A DNA stretch of 64,000 nucleotides from Zancudomyces culisetae HAW-14-8 (Eukaryota > Fungi > Kickxellomycota), in NCBI GenBank assembly GCA_052426225.1, contig JBNJNM010000011.1, forward strand, positions 2,170,001 to 2,234,000. The letters are read 5' to 3'. Shown piece after piece: positions 12,437 to 24,109 of the stretch. A model generated the notes under the pieces. That model did not search any database and had not been told where the DNA came from. It worked only from the letters and a program-made list of their open reading frames with translations. Each line of letters opens with the position of its first letter. Positions within the stretch are counted from its first letter, which is position 1. The position numbers were made by a program, and so were the translations under genes.

Positions 12437-13700
12437 TAGACTTGATTCCCAAGTATTGAACTGGGTCAAGTATGACATTAAGTGGCACTGCCAGTATATT
12501 TTGTTTTCCCACTTTTTTTTAAAGTTAAAAAACGGTTTAAATTAAAAAAAAATAAGTAGCTTAGATTGGAAAGGCAAACACAAAGATTATCACCATGCAC
12601 AAACTGTATTGCGGGATGGATCTGATCCAAACTAAAAATCTAAAAATAATATTCATTGCCGAGCGCCAAGCCTGAAATTCCAAATTCTTGTCCCTTTGGC
12701 TTTCACAATTTGTTATGTCTATGGAGAAGTTACTGTTATCATAACATATGTTGTGGATACGAACAGTGCTTTCCTGAGCTTATTGTTTTGAGCCAATATT
12801 TTGCCCATAAATGGCAAAAAAAAATGTTTGAGAATAATTTAATGATAATTTTAGGCCTAGATTAAAAAAATGGGGGTAATTTGCTTCAAATACTTCTTGG
12901 CTTTCAGTTAATTGGAGTGTATTAGCTACATTTTGTCAAATGGTTTCAAATAGCATATCCGCAATTCCATGTTTAAATGTAAAAGAAAAAAACGGTCATA
13001 AAAAATCGAAGTGATTGTTTACAATTCCCAAAATCCCGCCATTTTCACTAAACTGAGTAGTGTTGCTCGAAAAAATTAAATTCCCATTGTGTCATTTTTT
13101 TGTCTTTAGTCAAGAAAATAGCAAATAACCAACGTATTTTTTGTAAGACAAAGCAAAAAGGCGGGTTTTAGTACCAGCGAGGCTTTGAAATTACAATCAA
13201 TCCCCAACGTTCTCCAAGTACTTTTTTTCAGCTTTATATCTCTTTATACTGCTCACATTGCTCTGTTTTATTTGCTGGCGTTTTTGAATTGTAACGTGTT
13301 AATAAAGGAGAATAAGCCAAAAAAAACTTGAGCAAAGCCAAAAATCAATGCGTTAGACGGTTGCACGTTCATGGGGTGGATTGCCATTCCAACCCAAAAG
13401 TGTTTGCGTATTTAAGTAATTGGTTGGGCTGTGAAGGGAAGAACAAATTATTTTTACGTTCCCAGTTGACTTTACGTAAAAATTGAAGATAAAATTTTTT
13501 TTAGATGAAATCCTCCTAACAATAAATACAATACCAAAGTGATAAAGCAAAGTTCGGATATAAAAGGAACCGAGCTACAAATGTATTTCATTTTATAAAT
13601 AAAAGACTTTTGAAATAACCCAGTTTAATTTTTATCCTTAAAACACGATCAACACAAGTGTAGAGAGTATTCTTCAACACGAAATAGTATACATATAGCA

Positions 13701-14075
13701 ATGGATAAAGGTTACGGAAACCCAAATTACCCACAACAAGGTAAAACCATTTAAAATACTAAATTAGCGTCTGATTCTTTACTTGCAGATGCTATGCTAT
13801 TTATTGTTGTTGTTTTTATGCAGAGGCGTCTTTATAATGTGAACTGTACAGAGTTAAAGCAGTTAAAAAATAAAAAATAAATAGGATATGGTGGTCAACA
13901 AGGATATCCACCACCACCAGGATATGGAGGTCCACAACAAGGCTATGGAGCCCCACAAGCTCAACCCCAAGTCGTATATGTACAACAGCCCCAGCAAAGC
14001 TCAAGTGGTCCAGGATTTTGTGGTGGATTGTGTGCTGCGCTCGCTGTATGCTGCTGCTTAGACATGCTGTGCTGA
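13701..14075 (+). CDS. CYSTM-family cysteine-rich tail-anchored peptide (exons 13701-13740, 13885-14075)
   Basis: Spliced: MDKGYGNPNYPQQGYGGQQGYPPPPGYGG...QVVYVQQPQQSSSGPGFCGGLCAALAVCCCLDMLC*. Missed by the ORF track. Confidence 0.9.
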
Positions 14076-15221
14076 GTTTTCCTTTATTTTACTCTTTTAA
14101 TTTTGTGTTTTGATGTCCTAGTGTAAAAAAAGACTTTGCATTGTAACTTGTATGTAACAGACACATTCGCGTAGTGTTTTCTTTTAAATAATAATTTGCA
14201 CACCAACTTTGGTTAACAGATAATGACGATCAGTATTCTCTTTTCTTTTTCCATTTCTTTATTTTCAGTCGTTTGGTCACACATGCATTCATGAATGGAG
14301 ATGTGAGGGCGGTGATGATGTAAAGTAGATTCTCTATCCTTTTTTTTTACATCCTTATATTGATGGTGTATGATAAATCTCAGTTATGGTCTTTAGTACA
14401 TAAAAGTAAATATGTAAAAGAAGAAAGCCGAGTCAACCAATGCCTTAAAAACTGTTATTTTTCATGGAAGCTATGTGGGTTTGAGTAAAAAATGTTTTTT
14501 GTGACCAGCTTTGGGAAAATGCGTAGAGCATTAAAAAATTGCATAAAAGGGTAAATAATATGAAATTCATGATAAACATGCATCCACGATCGCAAAGAGA
14601 GGGAGAAACAAAAGGTGTTGATTATTTCCAAAGTTGTTGGAATAATGACATAATTTGATGATCGCGGTTCAAAAAAGTGGTGAATTAAGATATTTCAGCA
14701 AATATAAACAGGATCTTGAAGATAGTACATATAATACAGTTGTGTGAAATCTTGAATAGATAATCTGTTAATATCCAAAGCTAATTCAGAATATCACATT
14801 GCCTAATACTGCCAAAATATTGCTTGTAAAAAATATAAATATGTAAATAGTTTCTATATGTTTTAACTTTTTTTAAAAAATGTCGTATGAGAATACGACG
14901 ATAGTTATTTTTAATTTAAATTATTGAGTTTTATTAATATTCGTATAGTTAGCTGAGATTGTACCTTTTTCCCCTTGTGGTTTTTGTCAATCAATATTTT
15001 TAGTCATTAAGTAGAATAACATTTAGTTTTATTATCGAAGATAATTCAGGGTATAGGAGAATGCCCTCAACAAAAAATGAATAAAATAATCTTTTAAACA
15101 CATAATATAATAATAAGTTATAATAGTATTAAACAAATAAGAAAATACACAAACCATACTTATAAAAAAGATAAATAATAAACAAACATTAGACTTTTAT
15201 AGATTCTACAACAAAAAATGG

Positions 15222-15303
15222 GTCAGTGTGTCCGAGCGGTTAAGGAGATAGACTTGAAATCTATTGGGCTATGCCCGCACAGGTTCAAATCCTGTCGCTG
15301 ACG
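15222..15303 (+). tRNA. tRNA-Ser (anticodon UGA)
   Basis: Acceptor stem GTCAGTG/CGCTGAC, discriminator G, D-loop GAGCGGTTAAG, anticodon arm ATAGA-CTTGAAA-TCTAT, long variable arm GGGC..GCCC, T-loop GGTTCAAATCC, T-run Pol III terminator downstream. Confidence 0.96.
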
Positions 15304-15601
15304 TCTCTTTTTTGTATTTTTTGTGTTTACACAATTATACGTTTTATAGCGAGAGGTAGATTACAAGCTCCTATATTTTGCAAATTTTAACAATCTAGCC
15401 CATGCTGGTACACATTTCTTTATCAACTCACGTACTTAGTCTGTTTGAAATATTTACATTTGCACTATACTGTTTATTTCTTCTAGAAACATATAAATTT
15501 CGTAATGGTTATCAAATTTAAAAGTAAATGGATCAACTAGACCTTTTAGAGATCTAGAATATGAGAAAAATGTTGAAGCTAAAAATAAGCAGTTATGGAA
15601 G

Positions 15602-16671
15602 CTATTCAACTCTTTTTGGGAAGGGAATTTCACCTTCAACCATCGATTGATCAAGCCCCAACTTTTTGAGACACAAGAAATATCTCTCTAATGATACCCG
15701 CTTCAAATAACGCAGGATTTTTGCTCTTTTGTGCAGGTAAAAAGTGTATATTCTGCGATTGTGATGGTCTTTTTTGTGTATCCTCAAGTGATCTGCAAGG
15801 TGTATTATTTTCACGGTAAATACAGCAGCTAAAAAGGTAGTGTCAGTTAATACGTACAAACTTTTAGTAATGTTGGGATGCAATAAATCAGAAAAATGTA
15901 TACATGTGCGTTTACATGTCAAGCATTATAAATATAGTAACGAAGAAAGAGCTACCTTGCACTTCGGGACTGGCAGTATCGCCTTCAGTTCTAGCAAACG
16001 ACTTTATCGCTAGACCCAAATTATATCTCATAACAGCATTTGCGTCCTGATTACACATTGATATAACTCTGCTCACCATATCTGCTTGTGTATTCTCCGC
16101 CTGTTCCATTTTGGCGTTGGTGTACAAAACACCACCACTGCTCTTAAATTTGAGCGAAGCCTTTGGTGTGTCCTTCAATATCAGATTTGCTTCGGCCTCA
16201 GTGATTCCATTGACATATGCATATGATTTGCTGTCTGTCTGGTCCTGGACGGTTCCAGATTTCTTATCTTGCTTCCATTCCGAGGTGGTGTAAATTTTTC
16301 TATGAATGTTTTTGCTGGGGCTAAGTACCTCATTTGTTTTCAATAGCGAATTTAGAAACTCTGTGTCCTTCAGTTTTCTATAGTATTCCTCTCGCTCTTT
16401 TTCTTTTCTTAATTGTTCCGCTTTGATCCGAGCCAACTCCAGCTTCCTTGGAGATTGTTTTGCTAAGGCTAGCGATGTCGAATGGATTTTTCGATTTATC
16501 TCTATAAAATTACAACCAACACCACTTGTTATTATTGTTATTGAAACATTTTTACATTTTTAAATACTTGGATTGAAAGTTGAAGTCGATTGATCTTTTG
16601 GTTGCATAATGCTTACCTTTACAAAATAAATCGTTAAAAAGAGTCTTCGAATTTCTGAATCCTTGCAGCAT
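15602..16671 (-). CDS. MRPS28: Mitochondrial ribosomal protein uS15m (exons 16671-16617, 16501-15956, 15828-15602)
   Basis: Spliced S15 motif FARTEGDTASPEVQAAVFTVKI..LADHL..HKKDHHNRR...KRAKILRYLK; presequence-like N-terminus (RKIHSTSLA). Confidence 0.9.
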
Positions 16672-17805
16672 CGCAGTTGGTGGTCAAGAAACGTTTGTTA
16701 TATCTGGATTTTGTTTTTCTATATAACAAGTATAAATTGATTAATCTCTTGAAAGAATCAACTAGTTTTGTTTCAACACAAATATTAGCTACTCAATTTT
16801 CAGCCCTTGATTGCAGCAATTCTGTTTTTTTTCCTATTGCTTTAGCACTATCCAGCCAAAGCTCTGATTTCATAAAAATTTTTCACTTTCACTTTCACTT
16901 TCAATTTGAAATGAAAAAAGATAAAAGATTATTCACAAATCGGATTGTTGATTTCGATTCTAACAAAATCCCCCAACCGGGTTGCCAAATTCTGTTCGTT
17001 CCTTGTACCTGATTGCACGTACTTGAAGGGGGCGGAGGGGAAATATGGGTACCTGAAATTTTAGCTTAGTTGCCAGTTTTCAAGAAAAACCCAAACAAAT
17101 TGCTTTAGTTTTCTGATTTTTTTAACAATCTTCGTTTACTACTCCATTCAAGTAAGGTAGTAGTTTAGGAGCGAATATTATATCAACTCTTGTTAAATGT
17201 ATTACCTCAGTGCACAGTTGACGGCTAATTATAAGCCAAAGAACAAAAAATTGTAGATCATAGACAAAAAATAATAATAAAATAGCTACTTAGGCTACTA
17301 GCGATGTTGAGGGTAGAATATTGAAAGTAGGCATCTGATAGTTGTACTCTGTAGCTGCTCAGATAGCTGTGTTTCTCAGTAGCATCGTGTTGGATGCTCT
17401 CTGTTATGCTGGCTTTGATTCTGGTTGATCTGGTCTCTGCAAATGCTTCATTGATTTTGCGGATTCTTTCTAGTTCGCGGATGAAAATATAATACGAGAA
17501 GCACGGCTGTGGTTTTTATTGGCTAGAATTTATGTCGCTAATTTTGATTACGTATTTACCTTTTGTTTTTGTTAGGCAAAAAAGTGAAAAAACAATAAAA
17601 TTTGCGTATTTACCAATACCAAAACTCAACATACACTTTGAGTATAAAAAGCATATACGATTTCTTTGATTCATTCCATCTTTTTTGAGACTCTTACTAG
17701 GAAGAAAAAGGAAACTTTAACAGAATTGGGGCTACATCAAATTGTGTAACTCGATACATCCTATACATCAAGTAAAAAAAATAGCAATAAAACGGGTCAA
17801 TCAAA

Positions 17806-19075
17806 ATGGTAAGACAGTTTCTTCGTTTTCTCAACTTTTTGTTCTAAAACACCCTTTTTTCATGCCTTTTTTTTCTACTTGGGCTGAATTTTGATTGTGA
17901 AAATGAATACAAAATAGTCGATTATGACAATGAATGGATCGGCCATAGTCGCCATGGTCGGAAAAAACTGTGTGGCAATAGCAACCGATAAGCGTCTGGG
18001 ACAGAAAGCATTAACTGTGGATACTAATTTTCAAAAAGTATTCGCAATTACAGACAAAGTATATATTGGACTGCCTGGATTGGCCACAGATGTACAAACA
18101 TTGTAAGCTTTTTTACTTATTCGCACAGTTGTGCCATACAAACACGTCTGGCGTTTATTTGTGAACAAGGGGTGCACAAATACTGAATTTATTCTAAATG
18201 AACACCGTTAATATTTTTACTAGATATGAAAGATTTCGTTACAAAGCAAACATGTATCGAATGAATGAACAACGAGAGTTGGAGCCAGAGGCACTTTCAA
18301 ATATGGTATCATCCACTTTGTACGAAAAAAGGTATGTGTATATTTTCATGCTGGCTTATTTTTTTAATTTTTAGCGCGCTAGCACATAAAAGTGTGAGTA
18401 GAGCTTAAGATAGTTAGTTATCACCACCAGGTCAGTAACTTTAAGCGGAATTACAATAGATTTGGGCCATACTATATCGAACCAATTATTGCTGGACTCG
18501 ATAAACACAACAACCCATATATTTGCGGAATGGACCTAATTGGATGTTTAGATGTTGCCAAAGATTTTATTGTTGCTGGTAGTGCTGACGAAAACTTGAA
18601 GGGGATGTGTGAAGGGCTATGGGAACCAGATCTGGTAATTATATAAACCAAAAACTAGAAACGATAGCCGTGACTTTGTTTGATATAATAAAACTAATAA
18701 TATGTTATAAACAACTTTGAATATAGGAACCCGAAGAACTGTTCGAAACAATATCTCAGGCTTTACTGAATGCAGTAGACCGTGACGCTCTTAGTGGTTG
18801 GGGTGCTGTTGTTCATGTTATGTGAGTTTTCTTGTCTCCTCTCTTACTATTTCATTTATTGTAGTTTTTGCATAGGTTTTCCAAATCGTTTCAATTACTA
18901 ACTTTCGATTTTTTTGTACCTAGAACACCTGACAGAGTTATTACACGAGATCTTAAGGCCCGTATGGTAAGTGCTTTTATTTACTACGAGGACCAGCTTC
19001 CTGTATTTTTATCAACCATAATTGTGAGTTTAATCTAATCAAACCGTTTGATTGCACTATACTGTATAGGATTAA
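17806..19075 (+). CDS. PUP3: 20S proteasome subunit beta-3 (7 exons; introns 17809-17917, 18103-18223, 18332-18459, 18635-18726, 18822-18923, 18967-19069)
   Basis: [23 protein letters not shown]...YEKRFGPY...[25 protein letters not shown]...LKARMD*; all junctions in frame. Confidence 0.96.
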
Positions 19076-20034
19076 GATTAGTATTTCAACCGAGCTTTTC
19101 GTATCAGCTTTTAATAGTACATTACATGATTTTTTTTATAGTAATTTTGGAACATCTCTATCAACGAACATTCCAGAACAAAATAATAATAATAAATAAA
19201 CACATTCATACTGCTTGTAAAAGGATGAATGCAAAAATCGAACCTACATTCGCATGTCACCTGACAGATTTTAATTGAGTTGCAATAATCATTAAATAAT
19301 CACCTCAGGGCATCTCTGGCGACATAGCAAGCATACAAGGAGTTATTATCACCCTTGTTTTTTTGCATTTTTGTTCAGCTACTAAAGTGGTAAACATATA
19401 GATTACAGCTTAACCAGACAAACTCACAAAACTTGAATGAGAATGGATTTCTGTTACAACTTCTCTTTTTTCCTCTCTTACAAAAATAAGGGGAGTTCAT
19501 TCGGTTGAGCGGCTTTATAGAAACTAAATTGTGTAATTATGATATTTATTTTGGTGTTTGGATTATTCCAGGCACTATACTTTGCTAAAAAGAATCTAAC
19601 TCTGTCAAGTGAATAATTAATAAGCCTAGATGTGCAAAAGTATCAGTATGGTGAAGATTGCAAAGAAACAGAAAGGAAAAATGCAAAGTGTGATCATTTC
19701 GGCCAAGCTTCCAAAGCTAAAAATACACGCGAACCACTGCTATTTCCATGTAGGAAGTGTTGTTTGCGTACCCATACCAGATTGAATCCTATACCTCAAC
19801 ACTGATTAGAACATGGATGTGGTTTTACGCGTTCGTGGGTTATCTAATAAGTAATTCAGTTTGGTTTTAAGTTCCAATACTCTACAGGTTATAAACAAAG
19901 GGTCTGATCGACGCCATAAATTGAAGCTCTTCATTGCCCAAGTGTGGCCTTTCAATGGTGTACAGGTCCAATGAAGCCCATTACCTTCCTGCAAAATCCT
20001 ACACTAACCTCGATTTCTTTTAAAAAAAAAAGCT

Positions 20035-20430
20035 CTACACAGTCTGGTCCGTTTTGTTCTTTGTGCACTCGACCTCCCCAACACTGTTACAAAAGCATAT
20101 TTTTCCGGATACACTGTCGTTCCACACCGAACGTGCCTTATTTCGCTTGATGCACTCTGCTAACAGATCAAAATCACATTTTTTATTTGTACACTGAGGC
20201 TTGTTATCTTTGGTGCATTTACAGATATTGCACTTGTCGGCCGCCGTCCAAGAACCCTGTTTATAGGCTTTAAGGCATTTTGTTTCTAGCACTACGGCAT
20301 TTTCGTTGAGTCCTTGTAAATCACTTTTTGGCACCAGGCTGCTATTAATGAAAATGACCTGAAACAAACCCAAAAATAGAATAAATAGTTGAGGTGCCTT
20401 TGCTCCAGCAGCTTTGTATAAGGGCACCAT
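20035..20430 (-). CDS. Small secreted Cys-rich protein with two pacifastin/VWC-like modules
   Basis: Hydrophobic signal (QLFILFLGLFQVIFINS); C-x14-CNICKC-x7-CTNKKC followed by a second degenerate repeat. Intronless. Confidence 0.7.
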   Translation of the reverse strand: MVPLYKAAGAKAPQLFILFLGLFQVIFINSSLVPKSDLQGLNENAVVLETKCLKAYKQGSWTAADKCNICKCTKDNKPQCTNKKCDFDLLAECIKRNKARSVWNDSVSGKICFCNSVGEVECTKNKTDQTV

Positions 20431-22311
20431 TTGGTAATTATCAGAGTCTGCTGTTTTATCTGTATCTACACCCCGAGTCTCTTCTATGAAGCGTAAATTT
20501 GCGACAAATCTCTAGCACAATACACATTTATAGTGATATATACTCTTCCTTTAGTAATAACAAAAAAAATTCACCCTCACCTCGTATAATAAACGAAATT
20601 AAATATCAAAGCTAAACTTGCAATATCAAGCTTTAATTATCCTTTGTGTTAGCAAGTTATATAAAAATTTTTTTTTCTTGGCCCATCTTGTTTTCATTTA
20701 GCCTTCGCTTTATTATTACATTTTTCCGTAGTTACTTGTTTAGCCTTTTTTCACCACTTCAACGTTTTCGGGATAATTTTTTTTCCCTGGCAGTGGATAA
20801 ATATTTATATTTAAAATTTTCACAACTTCTCGTAAAAAAAAGAAAAGCCCAATCATACCTCCACACTACTTCTCAAAACTCACATTCATCACCAAAGCAG
20901 TTGTCTACCTTTACTTTGCCCAATAGTTTACCAAGTGAATTGTTGTGCAATGTTGGATTACATAAACAAACAGTGTCTGTAATGTAAAATCTTTGGGTGA
21001 TTTGCAAGATACCAGGTAATTGCTATTTCTTTGTAAAAATAAATAGCGAATTAGAAGCATGTCACATGAAGTGGAGACAAAAATAGTTGACAGTTAGTTC
21101 GCAGTAACTAACTCGCAAGCTTGTTGCACTCAAAATACTCACCCTACCTGTATAATAACGCAACAACAGATGTGTGCGTTATTTTTTTAGACAGCTTGGC
21201 TGCAGCAGGTACATTGTATCTGTACACTCAGCCTCCAAGAATACTCTGCACATTAGCATTTCCATGTGTGAACGCTGCTCATCAGGAAAAAAAAAAGGCT
21301 AATGCTTGGTAATTGTTATATGCAAGGAATTTTTTCTCACAAGTCCGTTAAAGAGGGAGGAGGGGGGGCGATATGTAGAGATGAACGCAAAAAAGTGGAT
21401 GTTTAACTTACCCGAGGCTGCCCCACAGACGTCTATTGTCTACACGGATCTATTTTCAATCAAATTGTTTTGTACTTTATGTTTGGTGTGATGTTTACAT
21501 GATGATCTAAAAGAAGAGTGAGTATATGTCTACCATATATAGTATAGTGTCGTGATTACTTGCTCCGCGTTCTATTTTCTGGATATAGATGATGCATATG
21601 ACTTTTTTTTGTTTAAGAAAAAAAAGAATTCCAGTGTACATAATCCAAAAGCATTAACAGAATAGGAACTAAACTACATTAAGCCTGAAACAAGGCAGAA
21701 CAGTTAAATATGTTTAGGCAGTATATTATGTACTAGATAGTTTGTACAGCGAATTAGTGGAAGTTATGTTAATACTGGTGGTCAAATTGCGATGAACCAA
21801 GGCCAAGGGACTTGTGATAATTCTACTCTAGAACAAAGAAGGAGATGGGGAGGAGGTGTGAAGTGTATTTATGGAATAAATCGATGGTGAGTTATTGCAA
21901 AACCACAAGCTCTACGAAACAACAACATATTCTTTAGTTTTTATTTTACTTATCTATTGCAATTCTTCATTAGGAATTAGCCCTATTTTCCTGTTGAAAA
22001 TAGAACTGTTTCATATATTTTGTTGCAACAACATCTAGAATAGTTTTAAGGAATTTTTTTGAGAGAATGGGAAATAGTCCCTTATTCACAATTTTCGATT
22101 ATTTTTTATACCAGTTACCCCTTTGCTTGTGATGAAATCCTGCCTGCTAATCCAAATTTCAAAAGCGAGGTAATATCAAGAATGATTTGTCCCGGAATTA
22201 AAAAAAATCACCCCGTCTTTCATGTTCTCGATTGAAATATCCATAAAATGGTAAAAATGCCCTCCTTTTTCCAACTTGCAAACCAAACAAACAGTAAGAC
22301 AAAGTAAAAAG

Positions 22312-23206
22312 ATGAATGAACTAGTAAATCCCGAATACAAGAGAATTCCCTACAACACAAAGGGCTACAGATCATTCAAGGAGTTTTATAGCTTCTACCT
22401 GGGCGAACATTCAAATGTAGTATGCAGACGCCTTCATGTCATTGGTAAGTATAGCCACAACCAAGTGCACACAGTGATTTTGTAGCTCATAGTATTCTCA
22501 AAGCAAAGGTTCCTTGGTCTTTGATTTTTGGGGGATATTTTGCAAACAAGTATTTATTTTTACTTGTTTTCTTTTCCCAACCAAACTACCAAACAGTCAA
22601 CAAGTGCTCATTCCCTTCCCCCCTGTCCAAAGTAACAACAATAATATTAAGGGCCTTAAAAAGTACTGATGCGGAAAGTTGAATAACTGGAAGACGTAAC
22701 TTTTAATCAAGTGTTTTGCTTTAAGCTTGCAAGTTGAAGTTTTAATTGTAAAATTAACGATAAAAATACGTACAACTATTACATAGGAACTTTCCTATCC
22801 CTGTCATCTATGGCTTATTTTGTTTCTAGGGGCGAGTATACAAAAATTCCATTTTCATTCGTATTAGGATACTCCTTTGCATGGGTCGGCCACTTTGGTT
22901 TTGGTAAGTACATTGGCACGAAGAGTTTTGGTGTGATTTTATGTTCTTGTATAGAACTTTTACTGCCTTGTCGATCAATATTAAAAGTACTCCTCAACCA
23001 CTTAACAGTGTAAACTCTGTTATGCAAAGTTGTACGATTGTTTTTCAGTATGAATGTTGTATAAGGTACTGATGGCCGTATACTTGTTGTATGTAAAAAT
23101 ATCTGTAGAGAAAAACAAGCCGGCCACATTCAAGCATCCATTTTACTCGTTTATGGGCGATATGAGACTGCTTTTCGAAGTTTCCACATTCCAGCGCGCA
23201 TTCTAA
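22312..23206 (+). CDS. DUF962/Mpo1-like short membrane protein (exons 22312-22444, 22787-22903, 23109-23206)
   Basis: YRSFKEFYSFYLGEHSNVVCRRLHVIGT...GYSFAWVGHFGFEKNKPATFKHPFYSFMGDMRL is the DUF962 signature. Confidence 0.92.
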
Positions 23207-24109
23207 GGCAACAGTTTTATTTATTTATTTATTTTCGCCGGTTTAGTTATGATGGTCGAGGTTTCCAGTATATCTGCTTGACTATAGGAGTTTTATTTAA
23301 AAAGTTTAACGAGTTTTTTTTTTAATTGTTTGTTTTTTTTGGAATACCTTTTAAAGTGGATATGGTGAGCTTGGCAATAAAACTACATATAAAAGAATAG
23401 CAAGTGATGTAGTTAGTTTGAGTAGCAGCTTTGCTATAACGAGTTCGTATCTACGGTAAAATATAGTAGAGTAAGAACGGAAGGTGAAGAGAGAGTGAGG
23501 AGAGGAAAGAGGAAAAGGATAATGATGATTGCAACTGTTGTTGAAATTGTTAGGTATCAAATGGTAAAGTTGGAGAGGTACTTAGACTAGTTGGCAATAA
23601 AGCAAAGGATTCTTACTAGATTTCTGTAGATAATGACCAAGAATATTGTATTCAAAGTAAAGCTGGAGAATGGGTATTAGATAATTGTGGATTAAACGAA
23701 ATTAGGCACGATTTCAATTAGATAAACTCAGCAATTTAAACACCAAAAAGAGCAAAGGAAAAAAGAAAAGAGAAACCCATAATAAATAGTTTGTTAACCA
23801 AGTTAAGTAAATAAATAGCTAAATACCACCTTGAAATTGGGCGGTATCGAATCAGTCCGATTGAAAGCTATTGACAAGGGGAGGGGTGGAAGAAGTGATA
23901 AACCAACTTTTTTTGTAATGTGCTACTACAAGTGATTTCGATAAAGGATAGTGAAAAAATAAAGAAAATAAGTGGGTTCTGGATACGAATAAAGCCGAAA
24001 CAAAAAGAAATATAACATTGCAAACCCATCTTGTTTATAGAGGATTAAGGGTAGAATTAAATATTAATAAAAGAAATAGGCGAGAAACAAAAGAAGGTGG
24101 GCACAAATA

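Noticed and set aside
14070-14330. Selenoprotein-like Cys-TGA end of the first CYSTM gene; also the in-frame TGA option in SPC24
   Set aside because: The paralog ends at the same position with TAG, and I found no AUGA..AA..GA SECIS hairpin in either 3' region.
15222-15303. tRNA-Sec or UGA suppressor (Harpellales are known to use selenocysteine)
   Set aside because: The anticodon is UGA (reads UCA, Ser), not UCA, and the 7-bp acceptor and 5-bp T stem are canonical for tRNA-Ser.
19806-19994. Extra 3' exon of the pacifastin-like gene
   Set aside because: No convincing donor before the stop at 20035, and the peptide lacks the Cys pattern.
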